Position numbers and translations under genes: made by a program. A DNA stretch of 64,000 nucleotides from the NCBI RefSeq assembly GCF_009914755.1, contig NC_060935.1; one strand, written 5' to 3'. A model generated the notes under the pieces. It searched no databases, was not told the DNA's origin, and was given only the letters and a program-made list of their open reading frames with translations. Position 1 is the stretch's first letter, and each line of letters opens with the position of its first letter. Origin of the DNA: the human T2T-CHM13v2.0 reference genome, Homo sapiens. Positions 1 through 13,964 of the stretch are shown here, piece by piece.

Positions 1-37
1 TGGTTCATGAGGTTTAAAGAAGCTGTCTTCAGCATTA

Positions 38-819
38 ACAGTTTGGAAGAAGTTTATTTCAACCCTCGGTGATGACTTGGAGAGCTTCAAGACTTCAGTT
101 GAGGGTATCACTGCAGATATAGTAGAAATGGCAAAAAGCACTAGAATTAGATGTTGAAGATGTGGCTGAATTGCTGCAATCTCATGATAAAACTTAAATG
201 AATGAGAAGTTACTTCTTACAGATGGGCAAAGAAAGTGGTTTCTTGAGAAGCAACCTACTCCTGCTGAAGACTCAGTGAACACTGTTGAAATGACAACAA
301 AAGATTTAGAATATTACCTAAAATTAGTTGATAAAGCAGCACAGAGTTTGAGAAGACATATTCAAATTTTGAAAGCAATACTACTGTGAATACAATGCTA
401 TCAAACAGCATTGCAAGCTATAAGGGAATGTTTTGTGATAGGACGAGTCAATCGATGTAGCAAACTTCATTGCTGTCTTACTTTAAGAAATTGTTAGAGC
501 CACCCAACCTTCAGCAACCACTACCCTGATCAGTCAGTAGCCATTTACATCAAGGTAAGACCCTCCACCAGCAAAAAAGATTATGACTTGATGAAGGCTC
601 AGATAATCATTAGCATTTTTAGCAATAAAGTTTTTTTTTATTAAGGTATATACATTTTTCAGACATAATGCTATTGCAAACTTAATGGACTACAGTATAG
701 TGTGAAAAGAACTGTAAATACACTGGAAAGCAAAAAATATTGTGTGATTTGCCTTCTTGTAATATTTGTTTTATTGGAGTGGTTGTAACCAAACCCACAG
801 TATCTCTGAGGTGTGCCTG
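38..819 (+). mobile_element. Tigger1 DNA transposon, 3' portion (decayed transposase C-terminus and right TIR)
   Basis: ORF 198-389 (QRKWFLE...VEMTTKDLEYYLKLVDKAA) resembles Tigger1 transposase; ends in TIR-like tatctctgaggtgtgcctg at 819. May extend left of the window. Confidence 0.9.
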
Positions 820-821
820 GA

Positions 822-1100
822 TACACCAGAGAATACCATTCAGCCTTACAAAAGAAAAAAAATACTGTCTTTTGAGACACCATGTTTGAACATGAAGAAC
901 ATTATGTAAAGTGAAATAAGTACAGAAAGACAAGTACCCAAATACTGCATGGCCTCACCTATATTTGCAGTATAAAATTCAAACTCATAGACATAGAGAT
1001 TAAAATGGTGGTTACCAGAGGCTGGGATATGGAAGGATTGAGGAGATGTTGATCAAAGAACACAAACTTTCAGTTAAAACATAAATAAATAAAAATAATG
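822..1100 (+). mobile_element. L1MA/L1MB-class 3' end fragment
   Basis: attatgtaaagtgaaataag...aaatactgcatg...aaatggtggttaccagaggctggg...ggagatgttgatcaaag motifs of old L1 3' UTR. Confidence 0.75.
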
Positions 1101-1434
1101 TAGAAGAAGTTTGTTTTCCTTGCTTATTTGTTTTCCTTGCTTATTTGTTTAATCATTCGATGTGTATGTGTGTTTTGATTCTTAACACACAATTATTCCA
1201 AAAAAATAAGGTGCTTTGAAATAAAACCAACTTTCCCCCATAGGGCTATTTATTTTTTAAAAAAATATCATCCTAATGTCTGCATTTATAATAACCATTT
1301 ATTTGTTTTAAAAATATTTACTTAATATCTAAAACCTACCAATACTATGGTCTTCCTTAAGAAATTGTCACAGCCATGCAACCTTCAGCACACGCTACCT
1401 TGATTAGTGAGCAGCCAGTACTAGGCTAAGCACT

Positions 1435-1740
<306 letters not shown>

Positions 1741-3384
1741 TAGCCTAAGCACTCTAAATATGCAGGAACTAAAGCAGAAAAGATTTGCCTTTTTACTGAA
1801 GTGAACCATAGAAAAGTGTATGTGTGAGGAGGGGATATTAACTCAAGGCTAATTATGCTACTGTTTATTCAATAGATTGAAATGTTGCCTTTGTTGAGAT
1901 GAGATACTGTATAATTCATATTGTTTATTCATTAAATAAACAAAAATACCAAAAATATAGCCTTTTAGACAATTTATCTCTGTGCTTTTTTATTTTCTTG
2001 TGTGTTTGCATTTAGTTTCATTTCTATTCTTTAAATCTCAGAAATTCATTCTAAAAATGGATTTGAATTCTTTTTTGATAAATAAGCCATAAACTACATA
2101 ACCAAGTCAATTTAATGTTCCATGATTAGATGCCACTTTTCTTTTTAAATCACAGCAGGATTCATATAATATTTAAAGGAAATACGTCTATGCTTTATAG
2201 TTGAAAGAAGAACATCAACAAATATTTTGGCATTCTGTTGTGCAAATTTTCCAAATATGAAATGTTTATGTTTTGCTTTTAGAGTCTTTATTCAATTTTA
2301 CTTAACAAGCATTAAATTTTATGCTATGTGGAGAATATTAAATTTATATGCAGTCTTTAATACCTTACACAAACAAACTGCCTTTTTTCCCACAGGGTGA
2401 AAATGATTTTATTTTTCAGCACATACACACAATCAGTAAATCATACACATTAAAGGCACAGAACTAAAAGTTTTCCTTGCTTTAAAACCAACAGTTAGCC
2501 TGAACCCCTGGGGTGCTTTTGTCACCACACTGTCATTCACACATCCCATGGGAGATGTGGGTTCTATTTCTACATATCTGGTGTATATAACTACACTTCA
2601 AGAAGCTATAATAAATATATAGCACCACCATTCAATGTTCTGCAAAGACAGAAAATTCTACACTTTTTTCAAGGAAATATTACAAAAACAATTCTGCACA
2701 AAGCACTAACACAGTGTCACACAGGAATGAACGAAACCTCCTCAGTGTAATAGAGAGCCATTTGGATGTGTAAAATCTTATTGGCCATTCTGACCCAGCC
2801 AATTTAACACAGAATATTCTGATAAAGCCTTAAAAAAGACTAACATCCAATTATTATTATGTGTTTGTGTATTATTTTATGTTATCATTAAATTATTATT
2901 ATTTTACGTTAAAATTTATTTGTTCTTCCATTCCTCGTTTCAATTCTGTGGATTAAGGGTGAGGAACAAGTCAGGGGTGTTTGTTTAATATATTGCTTAG
3001 TAATAAGGATAGTGTTTTGGCATTCTGGCTGACTTGCATTAAATATTTAAAACAAATAACTAGAATTTAGGCTGGGACCCAAGTTGGCAAAACCCACTGT
3101 TACATACTGAGAATCCTGGCTGTTGCATAAGCAGAATTAAGAAAATTTGAGTACAAAAGGAATTTTCTAAAGGAATAATAGAACAGTTGCTTAGTCTATG
3201 GCTAAAGAAATACAGAGAGCTGCTAAACTTAGTTTTATTTATTTTGCAAATTTTAGGATTCATGTAGAAATTCAAGACTTATCTTTTTACATTACCATAC
3301 GAACAATTTTTTTCTTTGCTTTGCTAAATATTAAAATTTTAATTGACCATGACACAGAAGTAAAATTATGAATTTTTCCACTAT

Positions 3385-3710
3385 TATTGTTTATTTATTT
3401 TTCTTTTCTCAACTTTTATTTTAGGTCCAAGGAGCACATGTGCAGGTTTGTTACATGGGTAAATTGTGTGTTGCTGTGGTTTGGTGTACAAATGGTTTTA
3501 TTACCCAGGTAGACAGCATAGTACCCAACAGGTAGTTTTTCGACCCTCACCCTCCTCTCAGCCTCCTCCCTCAAGCAGGACCCAGTTTCTATTGTTCCCA
3601 TCTTTGCATCCATGTGTACTCAACGTTTAGCTCCTACTTATAAGTGAGAACATACGGTATTTGGTTTTCTGTTCTTGTGTTAATTCACTTAGGATAATAG
3701 CCTCCAGCTG
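3385..3710 (-). mobile_element. L1PA15/16-like 3' end, 5'-truncated
   Basis: caacttttattttagg...acatgtgcaggtttgttacatgggtaaattg...ttataagtgagaacat...ggataatagcctccagct; possible 3' transduction to its left (see findings). Confidence 0.85.
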
Positions 3711-4139
3711 AACAATTTGAATAAGTAATACAAATTCCAAGAGGTTTGGTCTCAAAAAGTCTAGAGTTTAAGAAGAATATTTTTTAACTCCTGTACTCAT
3801 CATTTTCCCTTATCAAAGTAAAGCATTTCTTTCACAGGTTATACAGTAATACCTCTATTAATGAAAAAAAGACATTTGAATATCACAATTTGTCATCAAC
3901 AATTTTGTGATTAAAATAATAGTTGAAGGCATTGGAATGTATTCTAGGAAGAGGGAGAATAGGGAATAGGATACAGAAGATATTATTTGTAATTGTTACT
4001 TTTTTTAAAAAATGTAGATTCTAGTGCCAGGGTTTGGACTGCTACACCCTGTTGTTTGTCAAGTGCTATGAGATCAGAGAGAAGAAAATGATATTTGTTT
4101 AGTTTCCTAAAAATAAAAACAATCACTTATTTTCTTCTG

Positions 4140-4947
4140 AAAAAAAAATGTAGATTCAGGGGGAACATGTACATGTTTGTCACATGGGTATTTTGAATAA
4201 TGTTGAGGATTGGGCTTCTGGTGTACCCATCACTCAAATATTGAACATTGTACCCAAGAGGTAATTTTTCATTCCTCAGAGCCCTCCTGCCTTCCCTGCT
4301 TTTGGAGTACCCACTGTCTACTATTTCCATCTTTATGTCCATGTGTACCCACTGTTTAGTGCAGACTTATAAGTGAGAACAGGTGATATTTGATTTTCTG
4401 CTTCTGAGTTAGTTCACTTAAGATAATGGCCTCCAGGTCCATCTATGTTGCTGCAAAGGATATGATTTCATTCTTTTTCATGGCCATATAGTATTACTTG
4501 GCATGCATATACCACATTTTTAAAATAAAATCAACAGTTGGTAAACACTTAGGTTGGTTCCATGACTTTCCTATTGTGAGGTACTGTGATGAACATTCAA
4601 GTGCAGGTGTCATTTTTAATATAATGATACCCAGAAGTGGGATTGCTGGGTCAAACAGTGGTTCTATTTTTAGTCCTTTGAGCTATTTCCATACCGTCTT
4701 CCATAGAGGCTGAACTAATTTACATTCCCACCAACAGTGTGTTCCTTTTCTCTGCATCCACACAAACATCTATTGTTTTTCGACTTTTTAATAATAGCCA
4801 TTCTGACTGGTGTATGATGATGTCTTAGTGTGGTTTTAATTTGCATTTCTCCAAAGATTAGGGATACTGATCATTATATCATGTGTTTGTTGGCTGCTTC
4901 TATTTCTTCTTTTGAGAAATGTTTGTTCATGTCCTTTGCCCACTTTT
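4140..4947 (-). mobile_element. L1PA17/L1PB-like element, 3' part (host of the PYROXD1 retrocopy)
   Basis: L1 3' UTR and ORF2 end in antisense up to gttcatgtcctttgcccactttt; resumes at 9067. Confidence 0.88.
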
Positions 4948-5096
4948 TTTTTCTTTAAAGGCTTTATTTGCATTCTTGTAAATTTTATTATTTCAAGTCA
5001 ATGTATTAAAAATTACTGCGCATATAGTTATTGCTTTTATAAATTTGTTTTCCGTGATTCCTTCAAAAGCTTTCTTATTGTTGGCATTTTCTGCAG

Positions 5097-5226
5097 AGAA
5101 GACTACAGTTTTACAGCTTATGCTACCATTTCTTATTTGAAAATAGGACCTAAAGCTAATCTTCTGAACAATGAGGCACATGCTATTACTGTGCAAGTGA
5201 CAAAGTCCACACAGAACTCTTTCAGG
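5097..5226 (+). pseudogene. RECQL: Captured penultimate coding exon of RECQL (RECQ1)
   Basis: Acceptor ttttctgcag| at 5096, 130-nt exon reading [43 protein letters not shown], donor |gtaaat at 5227. Confidence 0.92.
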
Positions 5227-5847
5227 GTAAATGGCTATTAATTTTCAGTTTTATATATTTTAAAAAGTATATTAAAGCCTATGGGATGCTTTTCTGTCAT
5301 ATTCCCCTAGGTCCAGTTGAACATGAGAAAAGTCAGTTTTCTGATTAGATTTCTGGGTATGGAAGAGAGAAAATATAGTTTTCTGTAAAGATATAAGTGA
5401 AAGAATTTAGACTGGCCTTTTAACATAAACTAGGGGTTTCCAGTTTCTTGGAATGGGAGGACTCTGTTTTAATATCTAATTTTGTTATGCACTCTGCTCT
5501 TATTTGGTTGTGATTACTAATAGTTGAGAAGTCTGTTTCTGCTGTTCCAGTGGTTAGAAACCACTGTTTTAAACCAAATACTATCAAGTCTGCAAAAGCT
5601 TGTCAAGTCAAGTGCCATTGTGTCTAAGGACATTTGAGGTCTTTAGAACTTCTCTCACAATGTAGCCCCTTTTATTCAAAATAGAGCTCATATTTGAATA
5701 GAAATTTGTAGATAAAAAACTAGACCCCTGTATACTTAAAAAGCCAACTGATACAGAAAGAATATTTTGAAATATTTAATCTCATGAGAAAACTGAATAG
5801 CTGGATTTTTACCAAGGTGCTTGCTTTGTTATTTTTTTTTTTTGTAG

Positions 5848-6000
5848 GCTGAATCGTCTCAAACTTGTCATTCTGAACAAGGTGATAAAAAGATGGAGGA
5901 AAAAAATTCAGGCAACTTCCAGAAGAAGGCTGCAAACATGCTTCAGCAATCTGGTTCTAAGAATACAGGAGCTAAGAAAAGAAAAATCGATGATGCCTGA
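5848..6000 (+). pseudogene. RECQL: Captured terminal coding exon of RECQL
   Basis: Acceptor (t)n-gtag| at 5847, then [50 protein letters not shown] (TGA 5998-6000), in frame with the upstream exon; matches the RECQL C-terminus as recalled. Confidence 0.93.
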
Positions 6001-6238
6001 CATGAATGTTACTAAATTTTCTAATTAAAGATGGTTTATGCATGTATATGCCACTATTTTTGTAGTTAGACAATAGTTTTTAAAAGAATTTCATAGATAT
6101 TTTATATGTATGGATCTATATTTTCAGAGCTTATCTCTGAAGATCTAAACTTTTGAGAATGTTTGAAAATTAGAGATCACGATTATATAATTTTCCAGTA
6201 TAAAACAAGGGAAAAATTTTTATGTAAAACCCTTTAAT

Positions 6239-6852
6239 TGTAAAATATTTGAGAATAAGTTCATATAATTGTCTTAAGTTTTTTATGCCTTTATATACTT
6301 AGCTATATTTTTTCTTTTGACATAACTATCTTTTTGAAAGCAATATTATACTGACAGAGGCTCAATGAGTGATACTTTAAGTTAAATATGTAGATCAGGG
6401 ATGTCCAATCTTTTGGCTTCCCTGAGCCACATTGGAAGAAGAATTGTCTTGGGCCTCACATAAAATATGCTAACACTGATGACAGCTGATGAGCTTAAAA
6501 AAAAAATTGCAAGAAAAATCTCATGTTTTAAGAAAGTTTACAAAAAATGTAAAATATTTGAGAATAAGTCCATATAATTGTCTTAAGTTTTTTATGCCTT
6601 TATATACTTAGCTATATTTTTTCTTTTGACATAACTATCTTTTTGAAAGCAATATTACACTGACAGAGGCTCACTGAGTGATACTTTAAGTTAAATATGT
6701 AGATCAGGGATGTCCAATCTTTTGGCTTCCCTGAGCCACATTGGAAGAAGAATTGTCTTGGGCCGCACATAAAACATGCTAACACTGACGATAGCTGATA
6801 AGCTTAAAAAAAAATTGCAAGAAAAATCTCAAGTTTTAAGAAAGTTTACAAA
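6239..6852 (+). repeat. Tandem duplication, period 309 bp, 2 copies
   Basis: Copies start at 6239 and 6548 (tgtaaaatatttgagaataag...); 9 substitutions and 1 A-run indel by manual comparison. Confidence 0.97.
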
Positions 6853-6922
6853 TTTGTGTTGGGCTGCATTCAAAGCTGTCCTGGGCTGCATTCGACCCGT
6901 GGGCTAGAGTTGGACAAGCTTG
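6705..6922 (+). mobile_element. MER30 (hAT) in the retrocopied UTR; truncated duplicate at 6396-6544
   Basis: cagggatgtccaatcttttggcttccctg...ttggacaagcttg. Confidence 0.88.
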
Positions 6923-7437
6923 TAGATGATTTCAGGTTATAAAACCAGAAGTACAATTCAACAAAAAAGGAGTAAGTCATCAATATAAATATTAGCAAAC
7001 GAGATATTGCTACATCTCTATTTAAAGTAAAATACAACCGATTTTAAAGTTCCTGAAACCACAGCCATATTTTGACATTTCACAAAGAATGGTTCTAATC
7101 TACTAGAGTACATTTGGCTAAATAGATAACTTACCTAAATTTGCTCCAAAGCTAAATCACAAGTAAACATATTTATGTTTAAAACACAGAAATAAATAAC
7201 TTAAGATTTTTATCCAAGTGGTCAGTGTTGTATTGGAAAGATATATCTATAAATAAACTTTGAACTGATTTCAAACTTAGAATTTATGTTTTTATATTTT
7301 TCCACTAATATCATTATCACTTCTGTAATTTTCAGTGTGGTCATCATTAACTCAATACAGTCATTCATTTTATTGACTTGTGATTTTTCTGGTGTCATTT
7401 GGAACTTTATATGATTCTTGAAGAAATTCCATTTTTA

Positions 7438-9066
<1,629 letters not shown>

Positions 9067-9575
9067 CCTTTGCCCACTTTTAATGTAGCTCTTTATTTTT
9101 TTTTCTTGTTGAGTTGTTTGAGTACCTTGTACATTCTGGCTATTAGTTCTTTGTTGGAGGCATAATTCGCAAATATTTTCTCCCGTTCTGTTGTCTGTTT
9201 GTTGATTTTTTTCTTTTGCTGTGCAGAAGGTTTTTAGTTTGATAAAGTCACATTTGTCTATTTTTGGTTTTGTTGCATTTGCTTTTGGGGTCTTCATCAT
9301 AAATTATTTGACTAGGCCCATGTTCAGAAAAGCTTTTCCTAGATTTTTTTTTAAGGATTTTTATAGTTGCAAGTATTATGTTTAGGTCTGTGATCCATCT
9401 TGAGTTGATTTTTGATTATGATGAGAGATAGGAGTTCAGTTGTATTCTTATGTGTATGGCTAGCCAATTTTCCCAGTACCCTTTATTAAATAGGGTGTCC
9501 TTTCCCTATTGTTTATTTTTGTCAACTTTGTCAAATATCAGTTGATTGCAGGTATGTGGCCTTATTTCAGAATTT
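9067..9575 (-). mobile_element. Continuation of the L1 interrupted by the retrocopy (ORF2 region)
   Basis: ORF 9019-9300 translates to [27 protein letters not shown] (L1 ORF2p). Confidence 0.9.
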
Positions 9576-10269
9576 TTTTATTTTAACAACACCTACACAT
9601 GATTCAAAATATCAACTACACTGGGGAATTATTGTATCAAGTATCATCTTGTCCAATCCATCCACTCAATGGTATAAATGAAAAGAAGGCATGGAGAGGA
9701 AGACAACTTGCATGACATCACAAGGCAAACTCGCAAGAAGGCAAGGATTGAACCCTGACCTCTTGACCTACACAGCCCACCATAGACGGCTCTGTGCCAG
9801 AATATGTTTTCAAAAGAATGAAGACTAGAATGTGGAGTTCAGTGGAATCCCAGAGCTAGCACATGAACAAGTCCATCAAGTAGCCTGTAAATACATTAAT
9901 CAAAGATGAATCACAGAGCTATTTCAACAAATACTCCAGAAAGTATTTGTTTTAACAACTTTATTAATGATTTTCCTCCAACATTCGTGAAAACATTAGA
10001 GATGTAAAGGGGCCCTTACATTTTCAGTCGCACTGCTATATTTTATAAGAGGAATTATATGATTGCTTTGTTTCCAATTTGGAGATTTGAGTGCTCTGGG
10101 CATATCCTTAATATTTGCCAAGAGTCTGCTCGACGAACAAAGTCAATCTGTGACTCAATAATAATCTTCTGATTATCCCTTGGATTTGTACAGCATGTTG
10201 GAATTTTCAAAGTTTCCACATACCTTGTTGCATTTTATCGTCCTGCAGTGGTGTGGAACACACAATCAC

Positions 10270-10550
10270 AATTACTGTAATCACGGAAGCTAAGATAAGG
10301 GAGGGTTGGGTGAGTTGCCAGAGATCACACAGTTTATAAATTAAGAGAGCCCTGATTGGGGTCTGTCTCACTCAGTATTCTTTCCATACATGGTGTGGAA
10401 AGATGAAAAGAGTGAGACTTTTGAAACTAAAAATGGCCTGACTTTAAAGCCTAGTTCCACTACTTGCTGGCTGAGTGACGACAGGCTGATCACATGGTCT
10501 CTCAGGGTCTTAGCATCCTCATTTGTAAGACTGGGATAATGATAATTTTA
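10270..10550. mobile_element. Two degenerate MIR fragments in opposite orientation
   Basis: gagttgccagagatcacacag (minus type) and ctagttccactacttgctggctgagtgac...catcctcatttgtaagactgggataatgataat (plus type). Confidence 0.55.
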
Positions 10551-10571
10551 ACAGAACAGGATCAGGATGAA

Positions 10572-11845
10572 TATGATGGTTAATATTGAATGTCAACTTG
10601 ATTAGATTGAAGGATGCAAAGTATTGAAGAATGCAACAATTCTATTAAGCTGGAAGTTAAGATTGCCACCTGGATATTTTGAGCTCCTCCTACCTTTAGA
10701 AGGTAAGTTAGGGAGGCTAAGAAGGGAGTTACAGTGTTTGGTTGGGGTGACTGACCTGGACTATCAAGATGAAATCAGTCCACTACTTCAAAATGGAGGT
10801 AAGGAAGAATATGTGTGGAATACAGGAGATCCCTTAGAGTGTCTTTTAGTATTACCATGCCCTGTGACGTGATTAAGGTCAATGGGAAACTAGAAGAACA
10901 CAATCCAGGCAGGACTACAAATAGCCCAGATCCTTCAGGACTGAAGGTTTGGGTCACTACACCAAGTAAAAAACCATGGCCTGCTGAGGTGCTTGCTGAA
11001 GGCAAAGGGAATACAGAATGGGTAGTAGAAGAAGGTAGTCATCAATACCAGCTACGACCATATGACCAGTTGCAGAAATGAGGAGTGTAATTGTCATGAG
11101 TATTTCCTCTTTATTTTGTTAAGAACATGTTTGTGCATGTATACACTTGTACTAAGAAAATATCTTCATTTCATTCATTTCTCCTTTATCATGTGACATA
11201 AGATTTATTGATTTCATGTCAGCATTTAAGTGTTATTACTTTATGTGATAGCACTTGGGTTGGGGATTGGTGCATTTCTGGTTGTACAAAGGATAGTTGT
11301 ATTATGTTATGTGTAATTATGAACTTATTGTCTTTATTTGAAGATTATGTATGATTTCAGGAGATGTGTATGGGTTCAAGTTGACAAGGGGTGGACTTGT
11401 GATGGTTATTACTGAATGTCAACTTGATTGGATTGAAGGATGCAAAGTATTGTTCCTGGGTGTGTCTGTGAGGGTGTTGCCAAAGGAGATTAACATTTGA
11501 GTCAGTGGACTGGGAAAGGCAGACCTACCCTCAATCCGGGTGGGCACCATCTAATCAGCTGCCAGCGCTGCCAGAATAAAAGCAGGCAGAAGAAAGTTGA
11601 AATATTAAACTGGCTTAGCCTCCAAGGCTACATCTTTTTCCTGTGCTGGATGCTTCCTGCTCTCGAACAACAGACTCCAAGTTCTTCAGCTTTGGGACTC
11701 AGACTGGCTTCCTTGCTCCTCAGCTTGCAGATGTCCTAATGTGGAACCTCACCTTATGATCGTGTGAGTTAATACTTCTTAATAAACTCTCCTTTATACA
11801 TTTATCCTATTAGTTCCGTCCCTCTAGAGAGCCCTGACTAGTACA
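10572..11845 (+). mobile_element. Internally deleted HERV-L provirus: 55-nt 5' LTR stub (10572-10626), internal 3' region with dUTPase remnant (10627-11397), full MLT2A 3' LTR (11398-11845)
   Basis: Perfect 5-bp TSD atgaa (10567-10571, 11846-11850); PPT aaggggtggac before 11398; peptides WKLRLPPGYF...DLDYQDEI...WNTGDPL and VIKVNGKL...PAEVLAEGKGNTEWVVEEG. Confidence 0.93.
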
Positions 11846-12619
11846 ATGAAGTTTAAATGAAATAATACATATCAAAAGCATAGGCCAGTACCCACATATA
11901 CATGTACACAACAACTACTATCAATTATTATTGTTGTTATTAAGCATTATGACAATGATAATGATTATTCAGCTGGCATATGAAAGATACTACCAACAGG
12001 TACTATTAATTATGAAACTATTAACTATGAAATTATGTTGAAGAATTTATAATACATTTTATGAAGCTATATAAGCTTCATAAAGCTTATATAGCTATAA
12101 GCATGGAATGCAGATTAAAAATACACCCTTATTCAGTACAGCATTTTCAGTAACAGTGAAACTCTGGAAACAACTGTCTATAAATACATTTCTGCTTAGT
12201 TTTATCAATTAAAAACAGTTTTATAAAGCATAAAAAGTGCCACATAAATCATAATATCATGATGAAGGTTGACTTTGCACTAGCAAAATGTCTCAGACAC
12301 AGATAATCAGAATTTGTCTTTCTAGACATTCCCGTGAACATGAACAACGTGTAAAAAACTCCTTGACAAGATGATAGAGTTCAACTGAAGAAACATTCCT
12401 TGGAAGCTTGCTGTGCTGGTGAAAAGCACGTGGGTTATTGGGATATGGCAAGGAAGTGCCCCAAGACGGGTAAAGGAAAGTTCAAAGGCCCAGAAGGAAA
12501 AGAAAAATTGCATACTTAGAGCACTGAAGAAAGGCCCATATGATGATAGCAGAAAGCAAAACGTTATTGGTCAGGGTCTTGTCAGGTTACAGCTATACTG
12601 ACTGAGTTATGACCATTGG

Positions 12620-12885
12620 AATGTGAGTTTAGCCTATGTGATTCTCCACTTCTCTCTCTACTCTTTCCTCAGTAGCCATGGAGGCCACTTGTCTAAGATG
12701 GTAAAATCACAAGATAGGAGACTGGATTCCACAGTCTCTCTCGCAGCAGGGCTGCTCAGTAGAGGCACCCAACCTGCCTCAGACCTATGATGTGAGCAAG
12801 AAATAAATGTTTCCTGTTTTAAGGGACTGGGATTTCACGATTGTTTGTTATAGCAGCTAGCAATACTTACCTTGACTAATATACC
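12620..12885 (+). mobile_element. Old MaLR LTR (MLT1J/K-like) 3' part
   Basis: tgtgagcaagaaataaatgtttcctgttttaag...ttgtttgttatagcagctagc...cttgactaatata. Confidence 0.6.
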
Positions 12886-13964
12886 AGGTCTTGGTAAGAA
12901 ATCATTTTCCCCCAACTCCATCATACACTTGAGATGTGATCTAGACTCGCACCTCCTCCATACTAAGAATGTGGTGAAAAGAATCCATCAAGATTCTTTC
13001 CCAACCCAGTCTGACTATATTCACTCTCATTTTAATTAATATACTTCCCATTTTTAGGTTCTATGCCATAAATTAATTAAAGGCAAGTCCCAAGATTAAC
13101 ACATATTTTAATCTATAATTCTGAATCCAAAGCTTTGCTTAAAGGACAAATATGCAGTTGGTTTTATGCTCGTTCAACATTAATCATTATGAATTATAAT
13201 TTCATATCAATTTTTATCTCTTTGAAAGTAATTGTATGTGTAGTTTGCATTCCAGTCAGATGGTTTTAAAGCCTTTCAAGTATTCTCTAAATAATTTAAA
13301 TGGTTTCTTAAATCTCAGTGTTCACAAGCAGTGTATAAATTAATACATTATTTGAGAAAATATTGAGGGAATAATCCCTCTAAAAATGAAAATCTCTAGG
13401 GCAAACTATGTATTAGAGACTTTATTTCTTTTTGATGTTTATTTTAACATTTAAAATTATCATCTGACTTAATTTTATAGTAACCTAGTTAGTATTAGGA
13501 GGTGTAAGATGGAGGCTGAAAGAAATGATGTGTCCAGGGTCTACGGCTCAGGAAACAGAGGTGCAGGACTAGGATACAGGTATTCTTGTCTGGAGCATGT
13601 CCTTTGCCTACGTCTTTCACTATCACTAGAGAATGAGCTTTTTAAAAACTTGCATATGTGTGCATGTGTTATATGACACCCTCAGGAAAATCCCCTATAT
13701 AAGGTCTAAGAATGTCTGCCCTGCCATGCAATGTTTGCTTGAATGTTTTCCTGACATCTTTAAAATAATAAATGAACCTATATAACACAATTGTTATTTG
13801 GATGCACATTGGTTAATATTTACAAATTTTCTACAGTAGTCCCTAATTTATCATAAACATTATATATTTGTTAAATTAAATGAAAGCAGCTATACAGTGG
13901 GCTAGAAGTAATTTTAGAGCCCTTAGCTCAGCACCTACTATTGTCCTACATACTATTAAGCTGT

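Noticed and set aside
1110-1150. 17-bp tandem repeat (similar short slippage repeats near 16510 and 38880)
   Set aside because: Ordinary slippage products
4007-4157. Repeated aaaaaatgtagattc as a TSD
   Set aside because: Low complexity and not flanking a recognisable insert
4912-5241. 109-aa plus-strand ORF as a gene
   Set aside because: Starts in L1, crosses the TSD and intron; only the last part is the RECQL exon
4948-7434. Segmental (DNA) duplication of RECQL or the real RECQL locus
   Set aside because: Enclosed with an intronless PYROXD1 CDS by one TSD pair and an A-tail; no other RECQL exons
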